Shown: positions 1-9,111 of the stretch, in pieces | Numbering within the stretch: position 1 is the stretch's first letter | How the letters are laid out: each line of letters starts with the position of its first letter | DNA from: an uncultured archaeon | Lineage (GTDB): Archaea > Altiarchaeota > Altiarchaeia > IMC4 > QMZM01 | Assembly: GCA_964549685.1 (NCBI GenBank) | Contig: CAZJVE010000013.1 | Location: 1 to 33,544 of the forward strand | DNA: 33,544 bases | Reading direction: 5' to 3' | Notes under the pieces: generated by a model | The model's database searches: none | Told to the model about the DNA's origin: nothing | Seen by the model: only the letters and a program-made list of their open reading frames with translations | Translations under genes and position numbers: made by a program

Positions 1-51
1 TACTAATTCTATTAGTTATCTGAATTCGGTAGTGCTATATTTTATTTGTAT

Positions 52-76
52 GGGGCTTGCTTTGCCCCTGATTTTT
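52..76 (+). terminator. Possible terminator-like hairpin upstream of the DUF371 gene
   Basis: GGGGC-7 nt loop-GCCCC (52-68) followed by TGATTTTT in AT-rich intergenic DNA. The stem is short. Confidence 0.25.
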
Positions 77-101
77 ATTCTTATTAATTTTAATTCTCAA
101 T

Positions 102-527
102 ATGCCGAAGGAAATTATCAGAGCCAAAGGGCATGAGAGCGTTACTGCTAGGCACAGGACGACTATTGAATTTACCAGGGAGAAACATCTCACGCCGAGG
201 GGCGACTGCATCGTTGCTGTCGGGGCCGATAGAGGACTGCAGGAATTCTCAGAGGAATTCAAGAATTTGCTGAGAGATGATGATGCTATTCTTGAGATTA
301 TAATAGAATGTGGTGGAATCTCCGAGACGGTCAGGGCAAAGGGCCATCACAATCTCACCTTAACCCACCCCACGGACATGGTTGTGAGGAAGAGCGACTT
401 TGTCTGCGGCAGGACTCTTGCTGTTAAGGCTGACAAGGCATCCATCGATCTGGACAGGGAACTGGTTGAGAGGCTGAAGCATGGCAGCGAGGCGATAATC
501 GAATTAAAAGTACTCAAACCAAAATAG
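102..527 (+). CDS. DUF371 family protein (conserved archaeal, function unknown)
   Basis: Motifs AKGHESVTARHRTTIEFTRE, LTPRGDCIVAV, DMVVRKSDF and RTLAVKADKAS are typical of DUF371. Confidence 0.85.
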   Translation: MPKEIIRAKGHESVTARHRTTIEFTREKHLTPRGDCIVAVGADRGLQEFSEEFKNLLRDDDAILEIIIECGGISETVRAKGHHNLTLTHPTDMVVRKSDFVCGRTLAVKADKASIDLDRELVERLKHGSEAIIELKVLKPK

Positions 528-532
528 TAAGG

Positions 533-1411
533 ATGGTCGAGATTGATGATACATATGCGGAGGCCTTTTCCGGCTACTACTCAGAGATTCTGGTTACTGC
601 AAGGGACGAGAAGTGGTTGATGGCAGCAGTGAATTCTGCTACTGGATTCGCCACCTCAGGGATTGGATGCAGCTGCGAGGCTGGAATAGGCCGGGTCCTG
701 AGAGAGGGAACTCCCGATGGGAGAATAGGGGCGACCCTGCAGTTCTGGGTCCCGGCCTTCAAGAAGGACGCGGTGAAGGTGCTGGAGAACGAGCTGCTGA
801 ACAGGATAGGGCAGTCTATACTGACCGCGCCGACTACCGCCGTCTGGAATTCAACGGATGGCGAGAAATTCGACATTGGAAAGAAGCTCGGTTTCTTTGG
901 TGATGGATTCCAGAAGAAGGATAAAATTCATGATAGAAATGTTATTAGAATTCCCCGAATGATGGGGGAGTTCCTGATTGAGGAGGGGATTGGCTATGCC
1001 AGGGGAGTCATGGGCGGCAACCTCTGGTTCTTCGGCGATTCCGAGGACTCGGCGCTTGAGGCGGCAGAGAAGGCTGTCAAGGCGATAAAGGGTGTGAACG
1101 GAGTCGTCACAACGTTTCCGGGAGGGGTGTGTGCCTCGGGCTCACAGGTTGGCTCGAAGTATAAGTTCCTTATTGCTTCTACTAACTGCAAATTATGTCC
1201 AACTTTGAAATGCAACATGGAGGAGAGCTGCGTTCCGGACGGAGTGGAGTCCGTCTCGGAGGTTGTCTTTAATGGCGTGAGCGAGGACAAGGTCAATGAG
1301 GCGATGGCAAGGGCCATAGATGCCGCTGAATCCACCACGGGCCTTATGAAGATTTCAGCAGGCAACTACGGAGGAAAGCTGGGCAAGTACAAAATCAATC
1401 TGAAGAGATGA
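533..1411 (+). CDS. ftr: Formylmethanofuran--tetrahydromethanopterin N-formyltransferase
   Basis: N-terminal IDDTYAEAF, TGFATSGIGCSCEAGI, TPDGR, RIGQSILTAPTT, FPGGVCASGS and C-terminal ISAGNYGGKLG; 292 aa. Confidence 0.95.
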   Translation: MVEIDDTYAEAFSGYYSEILVTARDEKWLMAAVNSATGFATSGIGCSCEAGIGRVLREGTPDGRIGATLQFWVPAFKKDAVKVLENELLNRIGQSILTAPTTAVWNSTDGEKFDIGKKLGFFGDGFQKKDKIHDRNVIRIPRMMGEFLIEEGIGYARGVMGGNLWFFGDSEDSALEAAEKAVKAIKGVNGVVTTFPGGVCASGSQVGSKYKFLIASTNCKLCPTLKCNMEESCVPDGVESVSEVVFNGVSEDKVNEAMARAIDAAESTTGLMKISAGNYGGKLGKYKINLKR

Positions 1412-2292
1412 TAAAGAGAATCGCTGACCTGGCGCGGCTGGCTGCCGTGCTTGAGGTTTCTTCGAGAAAGCCGGGTAATGTGGGGCCGGAGCATGACTTT
1501 CCTGACACGACCTATGAGAACTTTGTTGCGGGGTCTATAGCTATTGGTGGAGGGATTGGAATTTCTGCCAAGGATGGATTCAGGGCAGGAAAGAGTGAGA
1601 TTGGGATTGATGAGATTGGGATTGGGAATTCTATTCTAAAATGTATTACTGATATAAAGGAATCCCACGGCGGGGGGAACACCCACCTCGGGATTGTGAT
1701 GCTTTTCGTGCCGATAGCTGCCGGGGCGGGGCTGTGTCTCGGGAGGGGCAACAACAGCCTGAAGGACGGGCTTAGGAATTCTATAATTGAGGTGCTGGGG
1801 AATTCTACGATGGATGATTCCAGCAGACTGTATGATGCCATCGAGCTTTCCGGGGTTGGCGGCCTGGGCAAGCTGCTTAGAAAGGAGCTGCCCTTCCATG
1901 AGCTGATGAAGAATTCACTAGAGAAGGATACCATAGCAGATGAGCTGAGCAAGGGGATGCCGATAGTCTTTGAGAAGGGCATTCCGGCGCTGGAGAGACA
2001 TTACAAGAAGACCGGTAGAATCAGGGATGCGGTAACCCAGACATATCTTGAGCTTCTTGCGGAATTCCCCGATACCTTCATAGCGAGGAAGCTGTCTATG
2101 GAAGATGCTGAAGAGGTTTCGAAGAAGGCTAGAGAAGTGGTTGAGAAAGGGGGAATTTTCACTGACGATGGAATTAAAGCCATCGATGAATTCGATGATT
2201 TCCTGAGGAATTCCGAAAAGAAATTGAATCCAGGGACTACTGCTGACCTGGTTGCTGCTTCTCTTTTTGTCTGGCTTCTTTTCCATTCATAG
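1408..2292 (+). CDS. citG: CitG/MdcB family triphosphoribosyl-dephospho-CoA synthase-like protein (archaeal type)
   Basis: LEVSSRKPGNV, GNTHLG, PDTFIARK and LNPGTTADLVAA motifs; ATGA overlap with the ftr stop codon. Confidence 0.88.
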   Translation: MIKRIADLARLAAVLEVSSRKPGNVGPEHDFPDTTYENFVAGSIAIGGGIGISAKDGFRAGKSEIGIDEIGIGNSILKCITDIKESHGGGNTHLGIVMLFVPIAAGAGLCLGRGNNSLKDGLRNSIIEVLGNSTMDDSSRLYDAIELSGVGGLGKLLRKELPFHELMKNSLEKDTIADELSKGMPIVFEKGIPALERHYKKTGRIRDAVTQTYLELLAEFPDTFIARKLSMEDAEEVSKKAREVVEKGGIFTDDGIKAIDEFDDFLRNSEKKLNPGTTADLVAASLFVWLLFHS

Positions 2293-3304
2293 CGCCCTGT
2301 ACATCCAGAATTCCTCTTACGCCGATTCTGAGGGAGAGGGCTGCAAACAGACCTATGAACGTGGGCAGGAGGTAGAAGAAGATTCTGTTCAGGATTGTTC
2401 CCGCCATTGCTATTTCCGCCCCTATGCCTAGGGCAACGAAAATTGCGACTGACGTTCCCTCCCAGATTCCTACCGCTCCCGGAATGGCAGGGAAGAACGA
2501 GATGACTGAGGTTGTCGTTTCCGTTATCAGGGCGTAGTGGATTGGGATTTCGGAGCCCAGAGCCTTGAATGCCAGCCATAGCCTGAGAATTCTTAGAACC
2601 CAGACGGTAATCGATATCAGGGTTGCCGATATTATGATATCCCTGTCGAGCATGTGCTTCCTCATGGCCCGGTTGAATTTTGATGAGAGGGTGTCTATCT
2701 CGGATTTGAGTTTCGGGTACTTTCTTCTCAGGACAGGTATCTTTGAGATTAATCCAACGAAGAGGCAGACTATTCTGCCCGAAACCTCCTTGTGCAGGGC
2801 GGCGGAGAGGGCGATTACGAAGGCGATAAGAAGAACCAGGGCGATTATTCCCAGGGCGATTCCGAGCTCTATTGGGATTCCCATCATGAATACCAGTACA
2901 ATTGCTGTCGCGCTCAGGATGAATAGGGGGAATATCTCCAGGAATAGGTCGGCGATTACGCTTGAAGCCGCAGTGGTTATTGGAATCTTCTCTGTCTTTG
3001 AGAGGATGTAGGCCTTAACAGGCTCTCCCCCCGCCAGGCCGACGGGAGTTATGTTGTTTATGAGAAAGCCGGTAAAGACCGCCGGAACCAGGTTCCTCAT
3101 CGAGACCTTCGAGTGTTTTAGGATCATGCGCCATTTTAGTGCAGCAAGAAGCATGGTCGAGAGCTGGACTATGAAAAGGAGGATTAGGTATTCAATGGAG
3201 ATGGACTGGAGCATTGAAAGAACTCTGTCGAAATCCACAGAGTAGAAGAGGGCTGCCAGAATCCCAATTCCAATCAAAAACAATACCGATAACTTGCGGT
3301 GCAT
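2237..3304 (-). CDS. UPF0104 / lysylphosphatidylglycerol synthase TM-like flippase (AglD flippase domain-like)
   Basis: Multiple hydrophobic helices; KWRMIL, GFLINNITPVGLAGGEPVKAY and PGAVGIWE motifs. The 3' end overlaps citG by 56 nt. Confidence 0.85.
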   Translation of the reverse strand: MHRKLSVLFLIGIGILAALFYSVDFDRVLSMLQSISIEYLILLFIVQLSTMLLAALKWRMILKHSKVSMRNLVPAVFTGFLINNITPVGLAGGEPVKAYILSKTEKIPITTAASSVIADLFLEIFPLFILSATAIVLVFMMGIPIELGIALGIIALVLLIAFVIALSAALHKEVSGRIVCLFVGLISKIPVLRRKYPKLKSEIDTLSSKFNRAMRKHMLDRDIIISATLISITVWVLRILRLWLAFKALGSEIPIHYALITETTTSVISFFPAIPGAVGIWEGTSVAIFVALGIGAEIAMAGTILNRIFFYLLPTFIGLFAALSLRIGVRGILDVQGAMNGKEARQKEKQQPGQQ

Positions 3305-3353
3305 CTTTGTGATATATGTATTTTAATGTGAACTGGGTAAAATACTTAACAGT

Positions 3354-4061
3354 ATGCTAAGGATTTCTGCAATTGTGGCGGCACTCAACGAGGAGAAGGA
3401 CATAGAGCACTGCCTCAGGTTCATACGGGCTCAGAAGTACCCCAATTTCGACATAATTCTCGTGGATTCCGGTTCAAATGACAGAACCGTTGAGATAGCA
3501 AGGAAATACGTTGATAAGATTCTTATTAAGAAGGTTAAGGGGCCAGGTCCAGCGAGAAATCTCGGTGCCAGAGATACTACAGCCGATGTTGTCGCTTTTA
3601 CTGATGCCGATACGCAAGTTGCTCCGAACTGGATTGAGAGGATAGCGAAGGACTTTGCTGACCCGGAGATTGTAGGGGTAGGCGGGGTACTGAGGCCCAG
3701 GAACCCAAGGCTCCTGGACAGGATTATGTTCAAGATAAACTCCGACTGGTGGTACCGGCTTACTGCAAGGGTTGGCTTCTACCAGCTCGGGACTCCGAAC
3801 TGCGCCTACAGAAGAGATGCATTCCTCAAGGCAGGGGGTTTTGACGAATCGCTATCCATGCTTGAGGATACGGAGCTCTCCATCAGGATGAAAAAATATG
3901 GGAAAATGATAATTGACAAGGACTTGTGGGTTTATAATTCTGCAAGGAGGTTCAAACAGGAGGGTTACCTCAGGGTTTTTATCAGATATCTGAGGGCCTA
4001 CTTCACCATGTTCATAGGGAAGGGTGTGAAAGAGGGGCACTTCGATACCATCGAGCATTAG
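3354..4061 (+). CDS. Glycosyltransferase family 2
   Basis: ISAIVAALNEE, ILVDSGSNDRT, ARNLG, FTDAD (DxD), GGFDE and EDTEL motifs. Confidence 0.92.
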   Translation: MLRISAIVAALNEEKDIEHCLRFIRAQKYPNFDIILVDSGSNDRTVEIARKYVDKILIKKVKGPGPARNLGARDTTADVVAFTDADTQVAPNWIERIAKDFADPEIVGVGGVLRPRNPRLLDRIMFKINSDWWYRLTARVGFYQLGTPNCAYRRDAFLKAGGFDESLSMLEDTELSIRMKKYGKMIIDKDLWVYNSARRFKQEGYLRVFIRYLRAYFTMFIGKGVKEGHFDTIEH

Positions 4062-4063
4062 AA

Positions 4064-4933
4064 TCAGGCGGCACCCATAATTCTGACAAATGCATTGAAG
4101 AGTGGCTCGTTGCTCCTTACCGAATGGAAATCCACTCCCGCGTCGTCGCAGATGCTGTGGAGCTGTAGTATGTGCTCCTCCAGCCTCTTCCGGTAGTCTC
4201 TCCTGAAGCCGGGGCTGAGGAAGGTCTTTATGGTTTCTGTGCCCTCCATGTCCTCGAATTCCACGTCGTCTCTCCATTTTAGGGTTATCTCGCCAGGGTC
4301 GAGGACCTGTACTATCTTGGCGTCCTTTGAGCTCTTTGCTATCCTGTAGATTCCGTCGCGGAGTGATTGCATGGGCTCCAGAAAGTCTGAGATAACTATC
4401 ATGAATGCCTTGGACTTTATCATCGAAGAGTATTGTTCTATGCATCTCTTGAGATTGGTTTCCCCCGACTGGTCTGCCCTGTTCAGCATCTCTATGGCCC
4501 TGAAGAAATTCCTCTTGCCCTTCTTCGGCTGCATCAGGCGGCCTATGCCCTCCCTGTAGAGGGTCGTCGTGAATTTCTCGTAGTTCCTCATGGCAACAAA
4601 AGCAAAGCCCGCGGCAAGGCTTCCTGCATAGTCGAATTTTCTCATTCCATCGACAGAGAAGTCCATGCTGGCTGAGGAATCCACCAAGAGATGTAATATC
4701 TGCTTCTTCTCCTCTTCGAATCTCCGAATGTATAATTTCTCGGTTCTTCCATAGAGCTTCCAGTCTATGGCCCTGAAATCATCTCCCGGATAATATTCCC
4801 TGTGGTCGACTATTTCTATTCCCCGGCCCATCATAACGCTCTTCCTGCCACCCATATAGAGAGAGGAAACCTTCTTCCTGGCAAGAAAGTTCATCTGCTT
4901 CAACTGGTCCAGAAAGGTGGGGTCTATGGGCAT
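4064..4933 (-). CDS. DUF58 domain protein (vWA-like, MoxR-associated)
   Basis: GRGIEIVDHREYYPGDDFRAIDWKLYGR, MIDAS-like DSSAS and VISDF; 1 nt from the moxR stop. Confidence 0.92.
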   Translation of the reverse strand: MPIDPTFLDQLKQMNFLARKKVSSLYMGGRKSVMMGRGIEIVDHREYYPGDDFRAIDWKLYGRTEKLYIRRFEEEKKQILHLLVDSSASMDFSVDGMRKFDYAGSLAAGFAFVAMRNYEKFTTTLYREGIGRLMQPKKGKRNFFRAIEMLNRADQSGETNLKRCIEQYSSMIKSKAFMIVISDFLEPMQSLRDGIYRIAKSSKDAKIVQVLDPGEITLKWRDDVEFEDMEGTETIKTFLSPGFRRDYRKRLEEHILQLHSICDDAGVDFHSVRSNEPLFNAFVRIMGAA

Positions 4934-4934
4934 T

Positions 4935-6017
4935 TTACCAGGATTCCTTTATAATCTTCTCGATTACGTCGTCTGGTTTGACTCCCTTCCTCTCCGACTC
5001 GAAATTCAGAATTATCCTGTGCCTCAGAATCGGATAGGCCATCGCCTCAATGTCCTCCTTGCTCACGTAGTCCCTTCCTTTTATCAGGGCCCTTGCCTTT
5101 GAAGCCAATACAAGCCCGATGGAGGCTCTGGGAGAGGCTCCATAGTCGAGGAATTCGCTGGCTATGCCATTATCCGCTGGCCTCGTGTTTCTGACTATAT
5201 TCAGGGCATACTTCCTTATGACCGCCGCTATGGGCATCTTCCTTATTAGCTCCTGTATGTTGAGCAGTTCGTTCTTGCTTATTACTCTCCTTGGCTCGGG
5301 CACCTTCTCGCCGCTGTAGAGGTCCATAATCTTCTCCTCGTGCTCCTCGCCGGGGTAATCGACAAGAATCTTTAACAGGAACCTGTCCACCTGCGCCTCC
5401 GGGAGGGGGTACGTCCCTTCCATCTCTATCGGGTTCTGGGTAGCGAGGACGAAGAAGGGAGGGTCCAAGGGATATGTTGAGGTTCCCACGGAGACCTGCC
5501 TCTCCTGCATTGCCTCGAGTAAGGCTGACTGGGTCTTTGGAGTCGCCCTGTTGATTTCGTCCGCCAGGAGTATGTTCGTAAAGACAGGGCCTCTCTCGAA
5601 CCTGAAGCTCTTCTTACCCTCCTTCTCCTCCACAACATAGGTCCCGGTAATGTCAGAGGGCATCAGGTCAGGAGTGCACTGGACTCTCTTGAACTTGAGG
5701 TCCATTATGTTGGAGAGGGTCCTGACTATAAGCGTCTTTCCAAGCCCCGGGAATCCCTCAAGAAGTGCATGGCTCCTTGTAAATACGGCTATCAGGATGT
5801 TCTCCATGACCTCCTCCTGGCCCAGTACGGTTTTACCCATCTGCGAGAGTATTCCCTTGTATGTCTTTCCAATCTCGGAATATGTCCTCTCGAGGTCCTT
5901 TTCCAGGTGCGGTTTTTCAATCCTCTTTGAATCGATTCCCTTTTTAACTTTACCTAAATCGGACGTCTTCTTTTTTGCCTTTTGGGTGCTTTCCCATAAA
6001 CTTCCGCCTGCCTTCAA
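4935..6017 (-). CDS. moxR: MoxR family AAA+ ATPase (copy 1)
   Basis: Walker A GFPGLGKT, RVQCTPDLMPSD, Walker B LLADEINR, ATQNPIE-GTYPLPEAQVDRF and GASPR. TTG start is preceded by an AGGTG Shine-Dalgarno-like sequence; the start is uncertain. Confidence 0.95.
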   Translation of the reverse strand: MKAGGSLWESTQKAKKKTSDLGKVKKGIDSKRIEKPHLEKDLERTYSEIGKTYKGILSQMGKTVLGQEEVMENILIAVFTRSHALLEGFPGLGKTLIVRTLSNIMDLKFKRVQCTPDLMPSDITGTYVVEEKEGKKSFRFERGPVFTNILLADEINRATPKTQSALLEAMQERQVSVGTSTYPLDPPFFVLATQNPIEMEGTYPLPEAQVDRFLLKILVDYPGEEHEEKIMDLYSGEKVPEPRRVISKNELLNIQELIRKMPIAAVIRKYALNIVRNTRPADNGIASEFLDYGASPRASIGLVLASKARALIKGRDYVSKEDIEAMAYPILRHRIILNFESERKGVKPDDVIEKIIKESW

Positions 6018-6059
6018 TTTTACACCTTTTGTTTTAGTTAATATTAGATATAGATAAAT

Positions 6060-6968
6060 TTATTCCGATTCCTCGATGAGCTTCTCGAAATAGTTCTTGA
6101 TTATCTGTTCATACTTAAGGGGCTCCTCCTCAGGAGCTCTTGAGCCCTGAACGCCGGAGAGGGAGAACTCGTCGCTCTCCAGTGAGTCGTCCCCTACGTC
6201 CTTTATCTCAATCTCCCCGCCGTATTCCGGATGGATTTCAATGTTTACGTTCTCGCCCTCTATCTTTGCTGATGATGGGTTGCCGAATATATCCTGCTCC
6301 CCGGTATATCCTGTACCTCCGCCCTGGCCTGGTACCGGACCCTCGTTTATTCCTGGCTGCTGCCCTCCCGCCCTGCCGCCGAGTCTCTCCTGCTCCTCCT
6401 CGTTGCTGTAGTTACTGGACTCCCATGCGCCGGGTTCGCTGGGCGATGACAACCCTATGTTGATTCCAAGGGCCTCCCCAACGGTATTGAGCTCACCGAG
6501 GAATTCATCGCCGAAGGGAAGAATCTGGCTGAGGTTTATGAAGTTTATCGAGAGGAACACAAACGCAAGGATGACTGCAAATATCGTCCTGGAGGTCAGC
6601 TTTTTTACGTTGGTGAACGAGGAGCAGCATACGTCATCCATCCTCCTTGAGACATCGTTGTTCAGCCTCCTCATGATGAAGTTGTCCCTGTCCTTGTTGT
6701 CATAGGCCGTCTGCAGCCTCTCGTCCAGCGTTGGATACTCCTGAGTAACGAGGTTTATCGTATCTGTCCTCATCTTCTTCCAGATGAGAGCGACTGGTAG
6801 ATAGAACAGGGGGATGATAACCACGAGCCTCAGGTCGATTCCGAACAGTGTGAAGACCGTTGCAAATAACAGGAAGAGTATGACCGAATTGATGAGGAGA
6901 ATGAATACCATAATGTTGCTGATTGCCTTATCGACCTCCGTAAGTTTTGTTACAATCTCGTTTTTCAT
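6060..6968 (-). CDS. Membrane-anchored hypothetical protein of a MoxR/vWA locus
   Basis: About three TM segments, YPTLDERLQTAYD motif, Gly/acidic low-complexity region and C-terminal PLKYEQIIKNYFEKL. These resemble DUF4175-like proteins found near MoxR loci (recalled, not searched). Confidence 0.7.
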   Translation of the reverse strand: MKNEIVTKLTEVDKAISNIMVFILLINSVILFLLFATVFTLFGIDLRLVVIIPLFYLPVALIWKKMRTDTINLVTQEYPTLDERLQTAYDNKDRDNFIMRRLNNDVSRRMDDVCCSSFTNVKKLTSRTIFAVILAFVFLSINFINLSQILPFGDEFLGELNTVGEALGINIGLSSPSEPGAWESSNYSNEEEQERLGGRAGGQQPGINEGPVPGQGGGTGYTGEQDIFGNPSSAKIEGENVNIEIHPEYGGEIEIKDVGDDSLESDEFSLSGVQGSRAPEEEPLKYEQIIKNYFEKLIEESE

Positions 6969-6969
6969 C

Positions 6970-7707
6970 CTATGTTGCCCGGTCTTTTATCCGTTCGAGC
7001 ACCCTCGCGAGCTCCACGGCTATTTCATCTATGTCGTTAACTGCCTTGAATATGTCCTCCTTGTCCTCGTCCAGGTCATCCTCCACTTCGTCTATCGTGC
7101 CGTTCTCGCATGCCTGCTCCATCATATCTATATGGTTCGACAGTGCAGTTATGTAGCCTTTTATCTCAGTTATCTTTACGTCGTTTATGTCGTTCACATA
7201 GCCCTTGCCCTCGTTCGCATATCCTATTATTTCATCGCCCATCTCCTGGAACCTTGATAGGGATGAATTCACGTTGCTGAATTGAACCTGCATTGCACCG
7301 TAGCTCCTCTCGCAGTATTCAAGATCCACACTCGCCGAGGTATATTCGGATTTCCATGTGTCCCTTTCACCCTTTATGTCGTCTATGTTGGCTTCAATGC
7401 TCTCTTTTTCACCCTTGAGGTCCGTGTAGTATTCCCCCAGGGAGGTGACCTGCTGCTTTGATAGATTGAGCTCGTTTATTATATCTATGAGGTCTTTCTC
7501 CTTCTTTATCAGCTCCTCGTTCTTTAGGAGCATCTCCTCCGCAGTTCTGTTCAGTTCGTCCTTTGTTTTACTCACGTCACCAATGGCTGATTGATAGTCG
7601 GAATTCAGCCGCTGATAGGTAAGGTTGTAGTAGATGGTTATTCCCACTATCGAAATTAGAAGAAGTGCTATTATTCCAAACAGGGTGAAATTTACATCTT
7701 TTTTCAT
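6970..7707 (-). CDS. Single N-terminal TM anchor plus long coiled-coil protein
   Basis: Hydrophobic residues ~7-29, then a heptad-like E/K/L/I-rich helix; 1 nt gap to the next gene. Confidence 0.75.
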   Translation of the reverse strand: MKKDVNFTLFGIIALLLISIVGITIYYNLTYQRLNSDYQSAIGDVSKTKDELNRTAEEMLLKNEELIKKEKDLIDIINELNLSKQQVTSLGEYYTDLKGEKESIEANIDDIKGERDTWKSEYTSASVDLEYCERSYGAMQVQFSNVNSSLSRFQEMGDEIIGYANEGKGYVNDINDVKITEIKGYITALSNHIDMMEQACENGTIDEVEDDLDEDKEDIFKAVNDIDEIAVELARVLERIKDRAT

Positions 7708-7744
7708 TATTATTAATATCCTCTTTCAGGTATAATAATTTAGC

Positions 7745-8551
7745 ATGACCAAAAAAGCGCAGGTCAAGGACTACATGATCAAGGACGTTGACTACCTCAC
7801 CCATAGAATGACGGTGAAGGAGGCGATTGACTTCTTTCTAAAATCGGGGCATGAGAAGTTTCCCGTGGTGAAGAACGGCACCCTTGTGGGAATTATAACG
7901 GCAAGGGATTTACTAAAGAACTCCAAGACGCTGGACAAACAGGTGAGAGATATCCTGCCCGCCGGCAAGGTCGTGGTTGCAACTCCCGATTTGTATCTCG
8001 ATGACGTAGCAAGGATTCTCTTCCGGCACGGGTTCAACAAGCTGCCCGTAGTTAATAGCGGCGGCAAGCTGGTGGGGATTATTGCCAACACAGACATCCT
8101 GAGGTCTCACATAGAGAGGGCAACGCCACAGAAGGTGGACATGGTGAAGAACCTCATCGAGTCTGGGCACAATCTGAAGGTCGATACCAGGAGGTATATA
8201 GTGCCAGTAGACAAGTTGCATCCGACGCAAAGGGAGGTGTATGCCGACGAGCTAGGGGGAAGAGAATATGAACTGAAGAAAGGGCTTGCCGAGCCCCTAA
8301 TCGTTGTAAAGAAGAGGGGCTACTTCGTCCTCGTGGACGGGCATCACAGGGCCGTTGCTGCCCTGCATCTCAAGATTCCCGAACTCATGGCCCATGTCCT
8401 TGAGTTGAGCGAGGACATAGAATTGGGGATGGAGAAGACCGCCAGGGGAAAGAACCTCATGAGCCTTCACGACATCAAGGTCATCGGGAACGCCCAGCAC
8501 CCATTGCTTGAGATTACAACAAAAAAGATTAGGAGAAGGGATTTGGAGTAA
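7745..8551 (+). CDS. CBS-pair plus ParB/Sulfiredoxin-like domain protein
   Basis: Two CBS repeats (VKDYMIKDV, FPVV..GTLVGIITARDLL; LPVVN..GKLVGIIANTDIL), then LHPTQ and EPLIVV...VLVDGHHRAVAA (ParB/Srx motif). Confidence 0.9.
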   Translation: MTKKAQVKDYMIKDVDYLTHRMTVKEAIDFFLKSGHEKFPVVKNGTLVGIITARDLLKNSKTLDKQVRDILPAGKVVVATPDLYLDDVARILFRHGFNKLPVVNSGGKLVGIIANTDILRSHIERATPQKVDMVKNLIESGHNLKVDTRRYIVPVDKLHPTQREVYADELGGREYELKKGLAEPLIVVKKRGYFVLVDGHHRAVAALHLKIPELMAHVLELSEDIELGMEKTARGKNLMSLHDIKVIGNAQHPLLEITTKKIRRRDLE

Positions 8552-8640
8552 TTTTGGTGGAATTAAAACCGATAAGTGGGGAGGCACCACTCCAGATCTA
8601 AATTCCAAAAGAGGCATACTGCGCTGAAATTTTCGAGGTT

Positions 8641-8680
8641 TTTATAGTAAGAAATTTAAGGATTAATCCTCCAAATTTTC
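8641..8680 (+). promoter_or_regulatory. TATA-like box followed by the palindrome AGGATTAATCCT
   Basis: TTTATA at 8641-8646; perfect 12-bp palindrome at 8659-8670 flanked by imperfect GAAATTT/AAATTTTC arms; ATG at 8689. Confidence 0.35.
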
Positions 8681-8688
8681 TGCTAAGA

Positions 8689-9099
8689 ATGGACATTCTA
8701 AGATTCAAAGAAGGGTTCAAGAACTGGAAAACAAGCTATGATGTCGAGTTCGAGTTCGGCTATGACAGCAGTCTGAGGAAGAGAATCAGCGCCATCGTAT
8801 TCCACCTGCCGAAGGCCGGGAAGAGGCTGGCAGTCCCCTGGAAGATATTCCAGGACTATATCCATAACGAGTCGGAGCTCTCCTATGCCGACTCCACGGG
8901 GCTGTGCATAAAGAGGGCGGTTAACGGCCTTTATATATCCGACTCGAAATTCTTCAGCCTTGTGGTTCAGAAGGACCAGCTCGATGCCATAGGTATCGCC
9001 GCAAGGAGAACGTTGGAGAACGTCTCTGTCTCTGTCGAGAACATCCTGAAGGAATTTACCTCTGATAATTCTGTACACAAAGAGGGGCTTCGGGTGTAG
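8689..9099 (+). CDS. Hypothetical protein
   Basis: 136-aa ORF with an ATG start after an AT-rich promoter-like region; abuts the VanZ-like gene; no family recognised. Confidence 0.65.
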   Translation: MDILRFKEGFKNWKTSYDVEFEFGYDSSLRKRISAIVFHLPKAGKRLAVPWKIFQDYIHNESELSYADSTGLCIKRAVNGLYISDSKFFSLVVQKDQLDAIGIAARRTLENVSVSVENILKEFTSDNSVHKEGLRV

Positions 9100-9111
9100 G
9101 TGTGCCCCATT

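Noticed and set aside
7745-8551. ParB domain as a sign of a plasmid, prophage or partition locus
   Set aside because: There is no parA, integrase, replication gene or HTH domain; CBS-ParB fusions are chromosomal archaeal genes.
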